A stretch of 64,000 nt of DNA. Origin: a bacterium (lineage in GTDB: Bacteria > Zhuqueibacterota > Zhuqueibacteria > Zhuqueibacterales > Zhuqueibacteraceae). Below the pieces are notes generated by a model. It ran no database searches, was not told where the DNA came from, and worked only from the letters and a program-made list of their open reading frames with translations. The number at the start of each line of letters is the position of its first letter. The stretch's first letter is position 1. The stretch covers positions 1 through 64,000 of the forward strand of contig JBIOXB010000223.1 of NCBI GenBank assembly GCA_044869275.1, written 5' to 3'. The position numbers and the translations under genes were made by a program. Shown piece after piece: positions 60,806 through 64,000 of this stretch.

Positions 60806-61801
60806 ATGAGCAATAGCACCCCATTGGTCAATCGCAAGAATCTGTGGTTAATCGCCGGCGCCCTCATCGTCGTGCTGGCGATTGGTTACTATGCGCTCAG
60901 CATTCGCCCGCCTTCGCTTGAAGATACCGCCGGCACCATCGGTGGCGTGAAGAAAGCCGAGAAGTATCAAAGCGAACAAATGAGCGATAAGGACGTGGTC
61001 TTAACCTCCGCCCAAATTCAAAACCTGCTACAGAACGATCAGATTCAAAATCTCATCACCAGCTCCGAGTTCAAAGCGGTGATGGCAAACGCGGAGCTGC
61101 GCTCGGCGCTGGCGAGTCCGGAGTTGCGTTCGGCAATGGCCAGCCCGGAGCTGAGATCAGCATTGGCAAGTCCGGAACTGCGCTCAGCATTGGCGAGTCC
61201 GGAGTTGCGTTCGGCAATGGCCAGCCCAGAGCTGCGCTCGGCGCTCGCGAGCCCGGAGTTGCGTTCAGCACTGGCCAGCCCAGAGTTGAGGTCGGCTTTA
61301 GCAAGTCCGGAACTGCGCTCAGCATTGGCGAGTCCGGAGTTGCGTTCGGCAATGGCCAGCCCGGAACTGCGCTCGGCGTTGGCTAATGCCGATCTTAAAG
61401 CGGCGCTGGCGAGCCCGGAATTGCAAGCCGCCTTGGCCAGTCCTGAACTCCGCTCCGTGATGGCGAACCCGGAATTGCGTTCGGCATTGGCGAATCCAAA
61501 TTTGCAGGCGGCGATGGCAAACGCGGAATTACGTTCAGCGCTGGCGAGCCCTGAGATGCAAGCGGCCTTGGCAAGTCCCGAGCTGCGTTCCGCTTTGGCG
61601 AGCCCGGAATTGCGGTCAGCGCTGGCGAGCCCTGAAATGCAAGCGGCATTGGCGAGCCCGGAATTGCGCTTGGCGTTGGCCAGTCCGGAATTGAGTGCGG
61701 CCCTGGCGAATCCGGAAATGCAAGCCGCGATGGCGAATGCCGAGCTGCGCTCGGCGCTGGCGAATCCTAATTTTCAAGCGGCGATGTTGCAGGCGCAGTG
61801 A
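60806..61801 (+). CDS. membrane-anchored protein with about 27 nonapeptide (ALASPELRS) repeats
   Basis: GGAGG RBS, N-terminal TM, 27-nt repeats with synonymous codon variation. Confidence 0.88.
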   Translation: MSNSTPLVNRKNLWLIAGALIVVLAIGYYALSIRPPSLEDTAGTIGGVKKAEKYQSEQMSDKDVVLTSAQIQNLLQNDQIQNLITSSEFKAVMANAELRSALASPELRSAMASPELRSALASPELRSALASPELRSAMASPELRSALASPELRSALASPELRSALASPELRSALASPELRSAMASPELRSALANADLKAALASPELQAALASPELRSVMANPELRSALANPNLQAAMANAELRSALASPEMQAALASPELRSALASPELRSALASPEMQAALASPELRLALASPELSAALANPEMQAAMANAELRSALANPNFQAAMLQAQ

Positions 61802-61954
61802 GTGAGGTGGTACCGATTTCCATTGGCGTGCAGCTTCCCTCCCTTGTTTGTCATTCTGGAAGAATCTTTTTCAGCTTGAGTAAATTGCTCAGAGGCGAGA
61901 GAGATTTTCCAGAATGACTTTCTGTTTTTGAGCAAAGGCGTCCCGGAGGAAGAA

Positions 61955-64000
61955 ATGACCCGTACGATCATAATTGATCGTCAATTTTCTTGGTCTAGTA
62001 AAACTCGCGGATTGCTGTTATCCCTGCTTCTGTTCTTCTCTTCGGCCCACGCGCAATTTCAAAGCTTCGAGACTCCCAATCTGCGCCTGATCTATTACAG
62101 CTCAGCGCAAGAATATCTCGTTCCACATATCGCCCGCTGTTTTGAAAATGCCCTGCGTTTCCATCGGGGCATCTTCGATTATTCCCCAGAGGGCAAAATC
62201 ACCGTATTTCTGCAAGATCTCGCGGATTACGGCAACGGCGGGGCGGAGGTGCTGCCGCGCAACTTTGTGTATGTGCTCATGCCCTCGTTTCCTCATGCTT
62301 ACGAAATCGTGCTCGGCAACGAGCGCATGAATTGGATGATGAACCACGAGCTCGCGCACATCGTGTCGATGGACAAAGCGGCAAGCCGTGATGAGTTTTT
62401 CCGCATGCTTTTTGCGGGCAAGGTCTATCCGGAAGCCGCGCATCCCGTTTCGATGCTATATAGTTATCTCACCGCCCCACGCCGTTATGCGCCGCGCTGG
62501 TATCACGAAGGCAGTGCCGTCTTTCTCGAGACCTGGATGGCCGGCGGCTTGGGTCGTGCGCTGTCCTCGTATTATGAAATGGTATTTCGCACCATGGTGC
62601 GTGACCGCAGTTACTTTTACGATCTCGTCGGCTTGGAATCCGAAGGCACGGCGATTGATTTCCAAGTCGGCGCGAATTCATATCTGTACGGCACGCGCTT
62701 CGTCAGTTATGTCGCCGATCAATATGGGCCGGAGAAACTGATGTGTTGGCTCGCGCGCGCTGACAGCAGCAAGAGTTATTATGCCGGCCAATTCAAAAAG
62801 GTATATGGCCTCCCGCTTGATCACGCTTGGCGGCAATGGATTGCTTGGGAGCATCAATTTCAACAAGCCAACCTCGATTCGCTGCAACTTTATCCGATCA
62901 CCTCATATCGCCCAATCACACGCACCGCGCTGGGTTCTGTGTCTCGCGGATATTATGATCCGACGCGGAAAAAGTTGTATGTCGCGTTGAATTACCCTGG
63001 CCAGATTCCGCATCTGGCGGCCATCGACGCCAATACCGGCGTGATTCAGAAAATTTGCAATATTCGCGGCGGCGCTACATATTATGTCGCTGCACTCGCG
63101 TACGACGCTACCGGCCAGAGGCTTTTTTTCACCGAGAAGAACAATGCCTGGCGCGATCTCTGCGCCGTGGACTTGCGCACAGGTGAAAAGCGGATATTGC
63201 TTGAAACCGCGCGGATTGGCGATTTGGCTTTCAATCAAGCCGACAGCTCGCTGTGGGGCATTCGCAGTTCTCTGGGCCTGTCCACTCTCGTGCGTATTCC
63301 TTATCCCTACCAGGAATGGAATCAAGTGTTAACGTTCCCTTACGGCCATGAAGTCTATGATTTATCCCTCGCACCCGATGGCGCTGCGCTGGTAGCCTCA
63401 CGCACAGAAGTGAATGGCAGGCAAAAGCTCATCCAAATGGATACGAAAAAATTGCTGGCGGGTGACAGCTCTTTTGCAGTGATATATGATTTTGAATTCA
63501 GCTCGCCGGAAAGTTTCACGTTCTCTGCGGATGGAAGATATTTATACGGCTCTTCATATTACTCCGGCGTCTCTAATATCTATCGCTATGATTTCGGCCG
63601 CAAAGAAATGGAGATCGTGAGCAACGCCGAAACCGGCTTCTTCCGCCCCGTGCCGGTTTCTGAGGACTCATTGATCGCGATGTGTTACACCGGCAAAGGC
63701 TTCATGCCGGTGATGCTGCCGAATCAAAAGCCAGAATATGTCAACGCCATTCAATTTCTCGGGAATGAGGTTGTCAAAAACCATCCGCAGGTCAAAGAGT
63801 GGAAAATTCCCGCGCCGGCCAGTATCGTGCTCGATTCTCTCGCGACTGCAACGACCAGCTACAGTTCACTGCGCGACACCAAGCTGGCTTCTGCCTATCC
63901 CATCGTCGAAGGCTACAAAGCCTATACGGCCGTTGGCGCACGTGTGAAGTTTTCCAATTCGTTGCGCCTCAGCGATTTGAGCCTCACTGCTTCATATTCG
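61955..64000 (+). CDS. secreted gluzincin-like (HExxH) peptidase domain + TolB-like beta-propeller protein, partial at window end
   Basis: GGAGG RBS, signal peptide ..SSAHA-Q, NHELAH, PRWYHEGSAV, FSADGRYLY..GVSNIY; frame open to the window end, so absent from the ORF track. Confidence 0.85.
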   Translation, partial: MTRTIIIDRQFSWSSKTRGLLLSLLLFFSSAHAQFQSFETPNLRLIYYSSAQEYLVPHIARCFENALRFHRGIFDYSPEGKITVFLQDLADYGNGGAEVLPRNFVYVLMPSFPHAYEIVLGNERMNWMMNHELAHIVSMDKAASRDEFFRMLFAGKVYPEAAHPVSMLYSYLTAPRRYAPRWYHEGSAVFLETWMAGGLGRALSSYYEMVFRTMVRDRSYFYDLVGLESEGTAIDFQVGANSYLYGTRFVSYVADQYGPEKLMCWLARADSSKSYYAGQFKKVYGLPLDHAWRQWIAWEHQFQQANLDSLQLYPITSYRPITRTALGSVSRGYYDPTRKKLYVALNYPGQIPHLAAIDANTGVIQKICNIRGGATYYVAALAYDATGQRLFFTEKNNAWRDLCAVDLRTGEKRILLETARIGDLAFNQADSSLWGIRSSLGLSTLVRIPYPYQEWNQVLTFPYGHEVYDLSLAPDGAALVASRTEVNGRQKLIQMDTKKLLAGDSSFAVIYDFEFSSPESFTFSADGRYLYGSSYYSGVSNIYRYDFGRKEMEIVSNAETGFFRPVPVSEDSLIAMCYTGKGFMPVMLPNQKPEYVNAIQFLGNEVVKNHPQVKEWKIPAPASIVLDSLATATTSYSSLRDTKLASAYPIVEGYKAYTAVGARVKFSNSLRLSDLSLTASYS

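Noticed and set aside
61080..61790. 27-nt tandem array as a CRISPR array
   Set aside because: No unique spacers, in-frame coding with synonymous variation, no cas genes

Overview
Bacterial chromosomal window, mostly GC-rich and gene-dense, from a diderm. Omp85/TamAB, a GT9, lipoproteins and a C-terminal NYPNPFNP sorting-type domain, plus many short palindromic intergenic repeats, are consistent with an FCB-group lineage such as candidate division KSB1 (inference). It holds about 45 CDS: a partial inositol/sugar operon (permease, binding protein, iolG, iolA, no ATPase), TamA/TamB, a fused E1 2-oxoacid dehydrogenase, a HemN-like radical SAM between PQQ-like propellers, Fpg/Nei, dusB, an ECF S-component with an outer-membrane barrel, GcvT-like and phytoene-dehydrogenase-like genes, a PP2C sensor and two tandem propeller histidine kinases. 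I found no rRNA, tRNA, CRISPR array or transposase. Two loci stand out. (1) At 57.7-64 kb, an ECF sigma/anti-sigma locus has three copies of ACCAACTTTT-N12-TGTA. They sit in front of a divergent SdrD-B lipoprotein, the sigma gene itself, and a membrane-anchored protein of about 27 ALASPELRS nonapeptide repeats that is followed by an HExxH peptidase/beta-propeller gene. (2) At 36.4-37.5 kb, a small zinc-ribbon gene is followed by a TIR protein carrying a near-identical copy of that domain at its C-terminus. The window also has MITE-like elements with target-site duplications and several genes broken by apparent internal deletions.
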